Source: Candidatus Microgenomates bacterium
Lineage (GTDB): Bacteria > Patescibacteriota > Microgenomatia > UBA8517 > JACQJR01
Direction of reading: 5' to 3'
Assembly: GCA_016204995.1 (NCBI GenBank)
Contig: JACQJR010000001.1
Coordinates: forward strand, 92,548 to 156,547
Length of the DNA: 64,000 nucleotides
Shown here piece after piece: positions 44,602 through 54,767 of the stretch. Positions within the stretch are counted from its first letter, which is position 1; each line of letters opens with the position of its first letter. A program made the translations under genes and the position numbers. A model generated the notes under the pieces. It was not told the DNA's origin. It searched no databases and saw nothing but the letters and a program-made list of their open reading frames with translations.

Positions 44602-45869
44602 AGTTTTTTTAGATAATGCCAAGTAAATATGCCAGTTACTACTAGGGTGGAAAGATTCCATAAACCAATTATCCAAACTGGACCATAAACTCCAAATTGA
44701 GGAATTAAATAAATATTACCTAATACAATCAAAGGTAGCTGACATAACGATAAAATAGTAATGATTTTTGGTTTACTAAAGGCATAAATTAAAATATTGA
44801 CTGTGGCGGTAGATAAAGCAAAAGGAATGTAGGCAACTAATAACCACTGCAAAACAGGAACTGCCGTAGCATATTTGTCACCGAATAAACTCATAACAGA
44901 CGGCGCTAGAAATACCCCCGTTAGTATTCCCAGAGCGATGATTATTGATAACCACAGGGTTTTCTTAAAAGATTCCTTCAACACCCCCCCCTGATAGCTG
45001 GCAAAGCCTGGCGCAATAACTGTGGCAAAACTACCCACCACAATTGGCACACCATTAGCTAGTTGTCTAGCGGCCGCAAATATACCAGTAGCTAATGGGT
45101 TTGACAAATGCAACAGCAGTAAAATGTCAATCCTGGAAGTTATTGCACTTACCATCCTGTTTACCGCTAGCCATGAGCTAAAAGGCACCACATCTTTAAC
45201 GATCTTTTGCCAACCTTTACTAACTTTTAAGGCTGGTTTATTAACAATCAGGGATAGAAAAAAAGCCGACAATGGACTTACGGCAAATACAGCCACTGTT
45301 GTTGATATAGACAAATAAGATTGACTCACGGCAATATAAACACCCAAGATTCTTAAAAGATTGGTTAAAGTAATAAATACAGCGGCTAGTCTCCAATCCT
45401 GTTTTGCTTCCAAACTGGTAATTTGAAAATCAATTAATAGTGAACCTGCTATACCAAAAGCTGCCCAGACGATTAACAAATTTTCATTAGTTTTAGTTAC
45501 TAGAGGGGCAAGCCATGGAGAAATAATAAACAATGAAACTAATAAAAAGATTGTTGCTATTAATCTTAAAGAAAAAATAATACCTAAAATTTCGCGGGCT
45601 TTTGACCCCTCGCCCTCACTCAAAGCACGAGACATAAAACGAAATAAACTAGCCCCCAAACCCAAATCTCCAAAAGCAACTAAAATAGTGATAAAACTGA
45701 TGACCGCTGCCACAATTCCCCAACTTTCCGGCCCTAAAAAGCGGGCTACTAGAATTGTAAAAATAATGCCAAAAATAGAAGCAAAAAGATTACCTAAAAA
45801 TATCAACGAGGTAACTTTGGTGGTTTTGGAAAATAATAATTGCCCAAATTTTTCTAAGGATTTCCACAT
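44598..45869 (-). CDS. wzx: Wzx/MOP-family oligosaccharide flippase
   Basis: ARFLGPE.WG, DLGLG and RIDILLL...GIFAAA motifs; about 12 TM segments. Confidence 0.88.
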   Translation of the reverse strand: MWKSLEKFGQLLFSKTTKVTSLIFLGNLFASIFGIIFTILVARFLGPESWGIVAAVISFITILVAFGDLGLGASLFRFMSRALSEGEGSKAREILGIIFSLRLIATIFLLVSLFIISPWLAPLVTKTNENLLIVWAAFGIAGSLLIDFQITSLEAKQDWRLAAVFITLTNLLRILGVYIAVSQSYLSISTTVAVFAVSPLSAFFLSLIVNKPALKVSKGWQKIVKDVVPFSSWLAVNRMVSAITSRIDILLLLHLSNPLATGIFAAARQLANGVPIVVGSFATVIAPGFASYQGGVLKESFKKTLWLSIIIALGILTGVFLAPSVMSLFGDKYATAVPVLQWLLVAYIPFALSTATVNILIYAFSKPKIITILSLCQLPLIVLGNIYLIPQFGVYGPVWIIGLWNLSTLVVTGIFTWHYLKKL

Positions 45870-45879
45870 ACTTTACATT

Positions 45880-48453
45880 TTAGCTTTCCTCTTTTTTATC
45901 GTAAGGCAGTAAACAGATAATTACAAGTAAAAACAAAGTAGTCATGGAAATTTTCGCTCCCAGTTCTACTTTTTCTTGGTCAATAAACTTGAGATGAAAA
46001 TTGTCCTCTGCACCATTAATGTAAAAACCATTTATCATGGAATAAATAGGCCACGAAGATAATAAAGCTTTATCAGATACTAATTGCCATTGCGGGTGAT
46101 AAGAGTCAGTAAAAATTAGCCAGTGATTTGCCGGAAAATTTTTAATTTCATACTTAACAGAACTTACCATTTGATATTCGATGGGCAACCATTTTGAATT
46201 TGCTTTAGCTATCTCACCTAAATTTAAAGTGGTAAATTTATTCATTAATTGCTGGGTTATATTTTCTGCTTCTTCAAAATCCTTCTTAGGTACTAACGCT
46301 AGAATATTAAGCATCTCTAATTCTTGAGAGTTAATAAATTCTTTTTTTAGGTTTCCTTTTTTTAATGATGTTTCTTCCAGTATCTGCCACTTAAAATTAC
46401 CATTATTTGACATGGATCTTACAGCCAAAATATAATCACCATCCTTCGGCACTTTAATATCGAAATAAATTCTTTCACCTTTAACTGTAGAAAAAGCTAT
46501 GCCTTTGCCATAATTAAATTCATGTGTTTCCATACCATAAGTTAGGAGTTCATACTTCCATTTCAAATAGTCCTGGTTCTCCCTAATAGCCCACTCTGAT
46601 TTAGTGGCCGAGACAGGACTAATAAAATGCCTCTGCAATAAACTCATTGTTAAATCCAAAGGCTGCTTGTCATTGAAAACTAAATTTACCGATTTAGATG
46701 ACAGATTAAAATTAATTAAATTCTTCGGATCAAATTTACCATCTTCCACAAAAATAAATGCCTGATTGCCAACAGAAAAATTTATATTCTGTTTTTTGAT
46801 TTTTTCATAGATATCATCACTGCCGACAACTGCTATCAATTTGGGGACAGCAAAAATATGTGGCTTTGATTGGTTTAATTTAAAAAGTGGGATATTAGGT
46901 GAAATGTTTATTTTTTCCAATCCTTTAACATTCGCAGTTAGTTTTAGAAGATTTGACCAATCTTGTTTCTCGGCATCAGTTAGAGATTTTCTTTGTTCTC
47001 CGGAAAAAATTAAATAATGGATTCCCAAAAGATTAAACCAATCTAGAAATTGACTGTTATTTAGAAAGTTAAAGTGGTCAAAGGTACCTATATTTATACT
47101 AGCAAAGGGCCGATTATTTACTAAATCTTTTGCATCAAGTGCTGGCTTTTCTTCCATTTGGAAAACAAAAGGATGCCGTTCGGGAAACCAAATAGTCCGG
47201 TAAAACCCGGCTTCATTTTTTAATTGATTAACCAGTGTATAAAATTCTGCTGGAAATTCTTTATCTCCCAAAACTCCATTTAAGTTAGCCGTGAGAGCTG
47301 GATAAACTAAAAAAAGAAGATATAAATAAATTAATAAAATACTAATTCTGCCAAATACCATTTTAGAAAGTTTACTGGCGGCATTACCTAGTAAAATACC
47401 GGCAAAAATTAATAAAGGAGCAAAAAATTTAGTGGCATCACGCAGGGCTATTCCGAAAGGTAGATTAACTATTCTCAAATACCATTCCCCTAGTGGTTCG
47501 CCGCTACCCTTAGCTAAGAACGCGAATAATAAAAAACAAAGTGTGAGGGAGAATATCCTTTTAGTCTTAGTTAAGATAAATCCCGCAAAAATTAATAAGG
47601 GTAAGCCAATAAAGTAAAAAGGTGGTGGTGAAATTTTACCAAACTCATTGCTCGGAAAATGAGGTTGAAAAATTAATAGAGTATCCAGCAAAGAAATAAA
47701 GTTAGAATTTGATGGAATAGTTGGGATACTATTCAACAAGCCGCTTAAAGGAATTAGCCAATAGAGATTAATTAAAGCTGTAACTATTCCCGATAGGGAT
47801 ATGATCGCAAATATTTTCCAGTTAAATTTGCGATTAATTATTTGCTTAATTATCTTCCAAAAAGTAACTGTTAAAATAGCAATTAAGGCAATCCGTAAGT
47901 CACAAATAGTTAGAACTACTAAAGATAAAGTCGCAATTAAAAAATTAATTCTAGAAATTTTGCTTATTAGCTTATGAAGAAAAAATAACGACAATGGAAA
48001 CAAACCATAAGCCAAAGATACCCCTACTTGTCCTCCATCAATTAACAGTAGATTATAGGTATTTATTCCGTATAACAAGGATGAAAAAAATTGAATAACC
48101 GGGGAAAATTTTAAATAGCGAGTCAAAATAATTGGTCCAATAAAAGCCAGGATGACTGAAGGAAAATAAAATAAAATTCTTAAAATGAAATCATTTGATA
48201 AGCCAAAAGTATTATGCAAAAATCCATAAATAAACATTAAAGGATACAAAGATAAAAATAAATTTGGTCCGCCGAAATTATTACCACGTTCTACCCATAC
48301 ATAAAACTGTTGCTGTAATTCCTTAAGTCCATCACTGTAAAAAAATGGCGCATCTCCCCAAACTAAAGGACTATTAGTAAAAAATGAGCGGAAAACGAGT
48401 ATGGCAGGAATCATCAGGCCTATAAGAAAGAGAGTCTTTTCATTCAGCTTCAT
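45880..48453 (-). CDS. Large GT-C/YfhO-like membrane protein with extracytoplasmic C-terminal domain
   Basis: Many N-terminal TM segments, YWLIP, AKG..EPLG, RDATKF and DSYHPQW..INGF motifs, C-terminal anchor. Confidence 0.75.
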   Translation of the reverse strand: MKLNEKTLFLIGLMIPAILVFRSFFTNSPLVWGDAPFFYSDGLKELQQQFYVWVERGNNFGGPNLFLSLYPLMFIYGFLHNTFGLSNDFILRILFYFPSVILAFIGPIILTRYLKFSPVIQFFSSLLYGINTYNLLLIDGGQVGVSLAYGLFPLSLFFLHKLISKISRINFLIATLSLVVLTICDLRIALIAILTVTFWKIIKQIINRKFNWKIFAIISLSGIVTALINLYWLIPLSGLLNSIPTIPSNSNFISLLDTLLIFQPHFPSNEFGKISPPPFYFIGLPLLIFAGFILTKTKRIFSLTLCFLLFAFLAKGSGEPLGEWYLRIVNLPFGIALRDATKFFAPLLIFAGILLGNAASKLSKMVFGRISILLIYLYLLFLVYPALTANLNGVLGDKEFPAEFYTLVNQLKNEAGFYRTIWFPERHPFVFQMEEKPALDAKDLVNNRPFASINIGTFDHFNFLNNSQFLDWFNLLGIHYLIFSGEQRKSLTDAEKQDWSNLLKLTANVKGLEKINISPNIPLFKLNQSKPHIFAVPKLIAVVGSDDIYEKIKKQNINFSVGNQAFIFVEDGKFDPKNLINFNLSSKSVNLVFNDKQPLDLTMSLLQRHFISPVSATKSEWAIRENQDYLKWKYELLTYGMETHEFNYGKGIAFSTVKGERIYFDIKVPKDGDYILAVRSMSNNGNFKWQILEETSLKKGNLKKEFINSQELEMLNILALVPKKDFEEAENITQQLMNKFTTLNLGEIAKANSKWLPIEYQMVSSVKYEIKNFPANHWLIFTDSYHPQWQLVSDKALLSSWPIYSMINGFYINGAEDNFHLKFIDQEKVELGAKISMTTLFLLVIICLLPYDKKEES

Positions 48454-48595
48454 AATTTAATCCAATTAATAAGATAACGCCTAGGAAAATGAAATAAAAA
48501 TAATTAACCAATTTATTAGCTAACCCAAAGTGATTAGTATAAATTAGAGCAGCCAACAAAAAGAATCCTCCTAGCACTAACAATTTTAGAAACAT
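48440..48595 (-). CDS. 51-aa two-TM membrane peptide
   Basis: Manual translation MFLKLLVLGGFFLLAALIYTNHFGLANKLVNYFYFIFLGVILLIGLNYEAE. Overlaps the start of the next gene; TGATATAAT 6 nt upstream. Below the ORF-track cutoff. Confidence 0.65.
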   Translation of the reverse strand: MFLKLLVLGGFFLLAALIYTNHFGLANKLVNYFYFIFLGVILLIGLNYEAE

Positions 48596-48619
48596 CACGT
48601 AATTATATCAAAGCGAAGA

Positions 48620-49153
48620 TTAAGGAGCGGTATTAAGTCTTTCAATATCTTGCTTAACGTAGTTAACATCATCCTCTACAAATCTCCATTCTGCTGTAGT
48701 AGGGTGATAAGTATCTCTCAAGGCGTTTAATAGTAAAATGTGTTTTCCGAGGTCTTCTTTAAGCTCTTGATACTTTCCAGAAATTTTATTAGAAACAGCA
48801 AGATCAGTTAATTTGCCGGCCGTTGTAAAGTATCGTTGGGTAGCTTTTTCAAAAAAACCCATTTGTTTATTGTCAATGATATATTTTAATTCCGCCATTC
48901 GGACGTCAGTTTCCTTTTTCAATTGCTTAAACTTTTGATCCGAGGAAAAAGCAAAGAAAAGAGCGATTTTTTCTTTTAATCTTTTTAAGATATACTGGGT
49001 ACCATTATCTGGATTAACAGTTTCATAAGAAATAGCGGGCATGGGGACAGGGGTTGGAGTAGGGGCAGGGGACATTTTCGCCATTATCTCTCCTACACTT
49101 AAAATTCCCAAAGATAGCACTAAAAAGAAAGTAATAGTAACTTTTCTAATCAT
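48620..49153 (-). CDS. Exported helical protein, DUF5667-like
   Basis: Signal/TM, PAPTPTP linker, VNPD...Y.LKRLKEKI.LFF and R.AEL motifs. Confidence 0.65.
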   Translation of the reverse strand: MIRKVTITFFLVLSLGILSVGEIMAKMSPAPTPTPVPMPAISYETVNPDNGTQYILKRLKEKIALFFAFSSDQKFKQLKKETDVRMAELKYIIDNKQMGFFEKATQRYFTTAGKLTDLAVSNKISGKYQELKEDLGKHILLLNALRDTYHPTTAEWRFVEDDVNYVKQDIERLNTAP

Positions 49154-49172
49154 GGCTTAATATTAAATTAAC

Positions 49173-51125
49173 ATGAAGCGCTTTTCTAGTCAATGGCCGA
49201 TTATAATTCTAATAATCACTACTCTTGTGATCTATTTACCAATTTTGATAAATCCTCATATTTTACTTAACAGGAATAATGATTTACAAGAATTTTTCTT
49301 CCCATTATTTGATTTTTCCAAAAGGCAAATTTTGGATACTCATACTCTACCTTTATGGAATAATATGTTTTTTTCCGGTAGTCCTCTCCTATCCGATCCC
49401 CAATCGCCAATTTTTTATCCACCCAATTTAATCTTTCTTTTTTTACCCTTAAATGTTGCTTTTATATTTTCTTTACTAATTCACTCTTTATTTATGGTTA
49501 TAACAATGTACTGGTTAACTCGTTATGGACTAAAAATGTCAAATCTAGCTAGCACTGTTTCCGCCCTTATTTATCTTACATCACCTCGCTTGGCTGGTTA
49601 TTTGGAAGCTGGACATTTTGGTTTAGCAGCCACTCTGGCCTGGCTACCATTAGCAATACTTACTGTTATTAAATTAAGTCGGAATCCAAAACTGATTTGG
49701 TCTATAATTTTTTCTTTCAGTTTAGCTGGCATTTTTTATACTCACACCGTCACTTTTATTCTCGCATCAATTAGCGCTTTTTTATTTTTTATAATCTGTT
49801 TATTTTATCAAAAAAATCCAAAACATTTACAGAAAAAAATTACCTTCTTTACTATTGGTGCAATATTAACTTTAGGCCTTACTGCTATTGCCTTATTTCC
49901 CCAATTAGAGTGGACTCCTACTACCACCCGCTTCCTGCTTCTCCAAGATGAAGATGTTTACCCCAAATGGGCTTCCTTTAAAGAATCTCTAACAGTTACT
50001 TTTGCACCCTGGTTAGGATATAAAAATAATATTTGGGGGTTTGATTCAGAAAAATGGTTAACGGTTGGTTTATTACCAACCATCTTAGGACTAATTGGAT
50101 TTTGGTCATTAAAGAATAAAGTAAAATTTTCTATTATTGCCCTCATATTAGTTGTTTTATTTATATCTTTGAATAATTTATCCCCTTTTCATAATTTTTT
50201 ATTATCTCAAGATTGGTATGTTCTAATGAGGGTGTCTACGCGAATTTGGTTTATATTACAAATTTTAGTTGCAATTTTAGTAGGCATTGGGGTTGAAAAA
50301 ATGATTAAATCAAAAGGTAAAAATATTTTTCCTTTTTTGATAATTTTAATGACATTGGCAGAATTAATTTTTATTAATTGGACAAGAATAAATAAGCCTA
50401 TCTCCCCACCAGAAATAGTTGTACCAGAGGAAGTATATAACTTTCTCGCAAATGACCTAGGTTATTTTAGAGTATTTTGTGTTACTAGATGTCTTTCGCA
50501 GAAATTGGTAGCCCAATATAAGTTGGAAACCGTTGAAGGATATGGTACTCTCCAGCAGAAAAATTATTTCAATCAATTTATTCAACTATCGCAGCAATAT
50601 TGGAATCACTACACTTTAGCTCTACCACCATTTGAAATTTATAAATTTAGCGAGATTCAACCATACGCCCCAGAATTGGCTGATTACAATGTTAAGTATG
50701 TTATCTCTCCTTATAAGTTAACCGATAAAAGATTGGTTCTAGAAAAACAGTTTGGTAATTATTCTATTTATATAAATTCTATTAATAAAACCAGAGCCTA
50801 TTACTCTAATGATAAAGAGGCATCAATTCTCTATTATTCGCCAAATAAAATAATTATTAATACTTCATTACATCAAACCGATCAGGTAATCTTGGCTGAA
50901 GTTTATAATTCCGGCTGGCAAGCAAAACTGAATGGTAAAGATTATACACCAATTAACGAAACTAAAAATGCTCTTCGCCAAATAACAATTAAGCCAGACA
51001 CCCAATTTGTAGAATTTAGCTATCAACCAAAAAGCTATTTTATTGGTAGAATTATCACCCTAGCTACTTTGTTAATTATTATTTTGTTATTTTTCAAGGG
51101 AAGGAAAAATAAAAATGTCTTTTAA
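49173..51125 (+). CDS. YfhO-like GT-C membrane protein
   Basis: LPLWNN..FSG.P...DPQ..FYPPN and AWLP motifs; C-terminal AEVYNSGW..F.YQP..GRIIT. Confidence 0.82.
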   Translation: MKRFSSQWPIIILIITTLVIYLPILINPHILLNRNNDLQEFFFPLFDFSKRQILDTHTLPLWNNMFFSGSPLLSDPQSPIFYPPNLIFLFLPLNVAFIFSLLIHSLFMVITMYWLTRYGLKMSNLASTVSALIYLTSPRLAGYLEAGHFGLAATLAWLPLAILTVIKLSRNPKLIWSIIFSFSLAGIFYTHTVTFILASISAFLFFIICLFYQKNPKHLQKKITFFTIGAILTLGLTAIALFPQLEWTPTTTRFLLLQDEDVYPKWASFKESLTVTFAPWLGYKNNIWGFDSEKWLTVGLLPTILGLIGFWSLKNKVKFSIIALILVVLFISLNNLSPFHNFLLSQDWYVLMRVSTRIWFILQILVAILVGIGVEKMIKSKGKNIFPFLIILMTLAELIFINWTRINKPISPPEIVVPEEVYNFLANDLGYFRVFCVTRCLSQKLVAQYKLETVEGYGTLQQKNYFNQFIQLSQQYWNHYTLALPPFEIYKFSEIQPYAPELADYNVKYVISPYKLTDKRLVLEKQFGNYSIYINSINKTRAYYSNDKEASILYYSPNKIIINTSLHQTDQVILAEVYNSGWQAKLNGKDYTPINETKNALRQITIKPDTQFVEFSYQPKSYFIGRIITLATLLIIILLFFKGRKNKNVF

Positions 51126-52695
51126 TAAAAACGCATTTATTATTACCCTCATCGTTATTTCGTCTTTTATTTTAAAACTTATAATTTTACTTAATTCTTC
51201 CTTTACTTTTAATTCTGATGATGCAATTTACGCAGAAATTGCTAGATTTTGGACCCAAGGTAAACTTAATTTAATTTTCCACCCTACCTGGCAACCACTT
51301 TTTCCTGCTTTATCTACTTTATTCTACTTACTAACTAATAATTGGGAAGTATCGCTAAGGCTTGTCTCCAGCGTAGCTGGTTCTTTACTAATTATTCCTC
51401 TATTTTTATTAATTAAAAAAACTATCTCAAATCTGCACGCAACATTATTTGCTATTTATTTCTTTTTCTTTACACCTATTATTGAAGCCTCAATTACTCC
51501 ACTTTCTGACATGTTATCAACCACCCTGATTGTTTCATCTATTATTGCTATTTTCTTAGGACTCTATCAAAAAAATCATAAATTATTTTTATTGGGAACA
51601 TTTTTTAATGGATTAACTTTTTTAACCCGTTCGGAAGGCGTCATGTTTTTCGGATTAACTTTTATTTATCTCTCGCTTTATTTTCTTATTCAATTAATCA
51701 AAAAACGTATTTTAATTAAAAGCGCTTTAGCTAATTTAATATTATTTGTTGCTATATTTTTATTAACTATCCTCCCCTACGCCATCACTACTGGAATTCA
51801 AATGGGTCAGTGGACATTATCGCAAAAGTTTTCGGCTCAAATCCAACAAGAACATGCTTTTAAGCTTAATTCCCGAGGCACTACCTGGTCGCAAGAAATC
51901 GTCTCTGTTAAATCTCCCAATTACCATTCTGATTATTTTAAAAATGGGCTACAATACGTTGCCAAAAACATTTTTTGGCTGACTGAATGGTATGGACAAA
52001 AATTAGCAGGGTGGAAAACAGTTTTGCTAAATAATTTGCCAGCCTGGGGGCTAATTTTTATAGTACTAGGAACTTTTTATTTAATTAAAAGGTCCGGAAT
52101 ATGGGCTAGTGGTTATATTTTGTTTATCTTACTGACTGCTGTTTTCCTATCTATCTTTTCCACACCTATTTGGGACATTCGTTATCTACTCTGGACGCTT
52201 CCTATTCTTATTTTTCTTTTTTATTACGGGTTTTATGCTACAACCAGCGTGATTTTTAAATCTAAAATTAATTTTATTTTCCCTCTTATTGTCTTATTTT
52301 TATTACCATCTTTTTCACCTAAATATTTAATTAACCCGCAAGAAGTTGCAACCAATTTTACCAGGAAATATTATAAAGAAGAAATTAAAGAGGCTGGAAT
52401 ATGGATTAAAGAAAATAACCAACACTCTAACCCCAAAATTGTCATGCGACATGAAGGAGTAGAATTTTATGCTGATGGCACCACAATTTATTTACCACAA
52501 AATTTATCTTACCAAGAATCAATTAATTACGCTAAGAAAAATAAAGCTGATTTTATCATTATTTGGCCGGATGAATTGAATAGTAAAGATGGTTTATTTG
52601 TTCTGACAGATCATAGAATCAATGGTTTTGGTTTAAAAAAAGTTTATCAATATCCATTTAATGACCCCAAAATTATAATTTATAAATTAATTTAA
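51115..52695 (+). CDS. GT-C (ArnT/PMT-like) membrane glycosyltransferase
   Basis: SDDAIY..IA, WQPLFP, LTRSEG and RYLL motifs; many TM segments. Confidence 0.82.
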   Translation: MSFNKNAFIITLIVISSFILKLIILLNSSFTFNSDDAIYAEIARFWTQGKLNLIFHPTWQPLFPALSTLFYLLTNNWEVSLRLVSSVAGSLLIIPLFLLIKKTISNLHATLFAIYFFFFTPIIEASITPLSDMLSTTLIVSSIIAIFLGLYQKNHKLFLLGTFFNGLTFLTRSEGVMFFGLTFIYLSLYFLIQLIKKRILIKSALANLILFVAIFLLTILPYAITTGIQMGQWTLSQKFSAQIQQEHAFKLNSRGTTWSQEIVSVKSPNYHSDYFKNGLQYVAKNIFWLTEWYGQKLAGWKTVLLNNLPAWGLIFIVLGTFYLIKRSGIWASGYILFILLTAVFLSIFSTPIWDIRYLLWTLPILIFLFYYGFYATTSVIFKSKINFIFPLIVLFLLPSFSPKYLINPQEVATNFTRKYYKEEIKEAGIWIKENNQHSNPKIVMRHEGVEFYADGTTIYLPQNLSYQESINYAKKNKADFIIIWPDELNSKDGLFVLTDHRINGFGLKKVYQYPFNDPKIIIYKLI

Positions 52696-53042
52696 GCTCT
52701 TTTGCTGCGTTTAAGTAAATTAGTAATAGCATCTTTTCTAATTAATTGAGTTAGTTTTTGATTGACTTCTTCTAGAGCGGAAAAAAGCTTAAAAATCAGA
52801 TAAAAAATAATAATCACTGACAGATAAAGCCCCAAGTCAACTCCCCTGCTGACACCAAAAAAATGGGCGATATTGGAAAGAAGCTGCTGCTGATAGATAA
52901 AAAATAATAATACCAGCCAAAATAACAGCCATAAAAACGTAAATACTTTTGTCAGTTTACCTTTTCGGTAAGTCGCGAAAGTCCGATGAATTATGAAAAC
53001 AATGATGGCGGTGAGAATAATCTGGGCTGATTGCATAATCAA
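52692..53042 (-). CDS. DUF2304 family membrane protein
   Basis: WLLFW, IAHFFGVSRGVD and KLTQLIR..AI motifs; coupled to a DPM-synthase-like GT2. Confidence 0.85.
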   Translation of the reverse strand: MIMQSAQIILTAIIVFIIHRTFATYRKGKLTKVFTFLWLLFWLVLLFFIYQQQLLSNIAHFFGVSRGVDLGLYLSVIIIFYLIFKLFSALEEVNQKLTQLIRKDAITNLLKRSKRA

Positions 53043-53704
53043 GATAGTTTTTTAGTAATTAAATCAAAAAATAATTTAAAAGCATTAATATTTCTTAATC
53101 CCTTGTTAAAAGTATTCTTATTATAAATAACCGTTACCGGTACTTCAACAAATTTTAATTTATGTAGTTGAATTTGATCTATAATCTCTGCGGCATGAGC
53201 CATTCTGTTTTGGGTAAGATTAATCTTATGAATAGCCCCACTACTAAATGCTCTAAAACCATTAAAGGTATCAGTTAATTTAATACCATAAAAAATATTA
53301 GTAAATATTATCCCTAATCTCAAAGTCATCCTTCTTGATAATGGCATATCAACCGTGCCCCCTAAAAAACGAGAACCTAATACCGCGTCAATCCTGCCTT
53401 CCAGAATCGGTTTTATCACTCGGGGTATTTCCGAGGCTTTAAATTGACCATCGGCATCAAAAGTGATCACGATATCAGCGTTAATTTTTTTGGCGTAATC
53501 AAATCCAGTCTGCAGAGCCGCACCCTGACCCAAATTGAATCTATGAGTTAAAACAATTGCTTTGCGATTTTTGACTTGTTGAGCGGTTTTATCGCAAGAC
53601 CCATCATCCACTACGATAATTTTATCAACATATTTCGCTGCATCGCGAATAACTTTCCATATTCTTTTTTCTTCATTAAAAGCAGGAATCACTGCTGCCA
53701 CCAT
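53039..53704 (-). CDS. GT2 polyprenol-phosphate glycosyltransferase (DPM synthase-like)
   Basis: IPAFNEE, VDDGS, NLGQGAALQTG, FDADGQ, GSRF and TDTFNGFRA motifs. Confidence 0.92.
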   Translation of the reverse strand: MVAAVIPAFNEEKRIWKVIRDAAKYVDKIIVVDDGSCDKTAQQVKNRKAIVLTHRFNLGQGAALQTGFDYAKKINADIVITFDADGQFKASEIPRVIKPILEGRIDAVLGSRFLGGTVDMPLSRRMTLRLGIIFTNIFYGIKLTDTFNGFRAFSSGAIHKINLTQNRMAHAAEIIDQIQLHKLKFVEVPVTVIYNKNTFNKGLRNINAFKLFFDLITKKLS

Positions 53705-53705
53705 G

Positions 53706-54716
53706 TTAATGATTCCATCCCTGCGGATGTAGATTATACCATTTGACCAAAGAACTAACCGAGTCCTTTATTGTTCTCTTCGGTTGCCAATCTAAAATTT
53801 TTTTGGCTTTCTTGATGGAGGCCACCATCTTGGCTACTTCGCCGACCCTCGGAGCGCTACTTTTTAAATCAAAATCTTTTTTGGTAGCTTTTTTAACTGC
53901 TTTAATTATCTCTAAAACAGAATAGCCTCTGCCTGTTCCCAAATTAATAATTTCGCTACTTCCCCTTTTTAATAAATAATTGGCCGCTTTGAGATGGGCC
54001 AAACTTAAATCTACCACATTAATAAAATCACGAATGGGAGTATGATCTCGCGTCTTAACCTGCTGACAAGTTAAAAAGAACTGTTCCAGTCCTAAAACAC
54101 CCATTACTGCGTTATGCACCAGACGAACATGGGGTTTTTGGGAATCACCAATTAATCCATCATCACTGGCGCCGCAAACGTTGAAATAGCGTAGAACAAC
54201 ATATTTTAAATCAAACAATTTACCATACCAACTAATTATTTGTTCTGCCATCAATTTTGATTGACCATAAGGGTTATCAGGAATGGTGGGATGTTTTTCG
54301 TCTACCGGCACGTAAAGAGCCTTGCCGTAAACGGCACAAGTGGAAGAAAAAATAATTTTGCGGACATTATATTTAATCATAGTTGACAATAAGTTCAGAG
54401 AACCATAAGTATTATTAGAAAAATATTTTTGTGGATCTTTCATTGATTCATCGACTTCGCAAACTCCGGCAAAGTGGACTACTAAATCAATCTCTTCTTG
54501 CTTAAAAACACTATCTAAATTATCTCTAATATCAGCTTTGTAATAGCGAAGTTTCTTAGCGGTAAATTTTTCTTGCAACAGTTTTAATGGCTCTTTAAAT
54601 CCTTTGGAAAAATTATCTATTACCACTACCTCATAATTATTTTGTAAAAAAATAGAAGTTGCCACCGATCCGATAAAGCCGCCGCCGCCGGTAATGAGAA
54701 TTTTCCTTTTTGCCAT
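53706..54716 (-). CDS. galE: UDP-glucose 4-epimerase
   Basis: GGGGFIGS, HFAG..V.ESM..P.KY, FSSTCAVYG, YGQSK, LRYFNV.GA and RDFI.V.DL motifs. Confidence 0.92.
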   Translation of the reverse strand: MAKRKILITGGGGFIGSVATSIFLQNNYEVVVIDNFSKGFKEPLKLLQEKFTAKKLRYYKADIRDNLDSVFKQEEIDLVVHFAGVCEVDESMKDPQKYFSNNTYGSLNLLSTMIKYNVRKIIFSSTCAVYGKALYVPVDEKHPTIPDNPYGQSKLMAEQIISWYGKLFDLKYVVLRYFNVCGASDDGLIGDSQKPHVRLVHNAVMGVLGLEQFFLTCQQVKTRDHTPIRDFINVVDLSLAHLKAANYLLKRGSSEIINLGTGRGYSVLEIIKAVKKATKKDFDLKSSAPRVGEVAKMVASIKKAKKILDWQPKRTIKDSVSSLVKWYNLHPQGWNH

Positions 54717-54767
54717 AAATCACTTTTAAGCATTATATATGATAATATCTAAAATGTAATTATTAAA

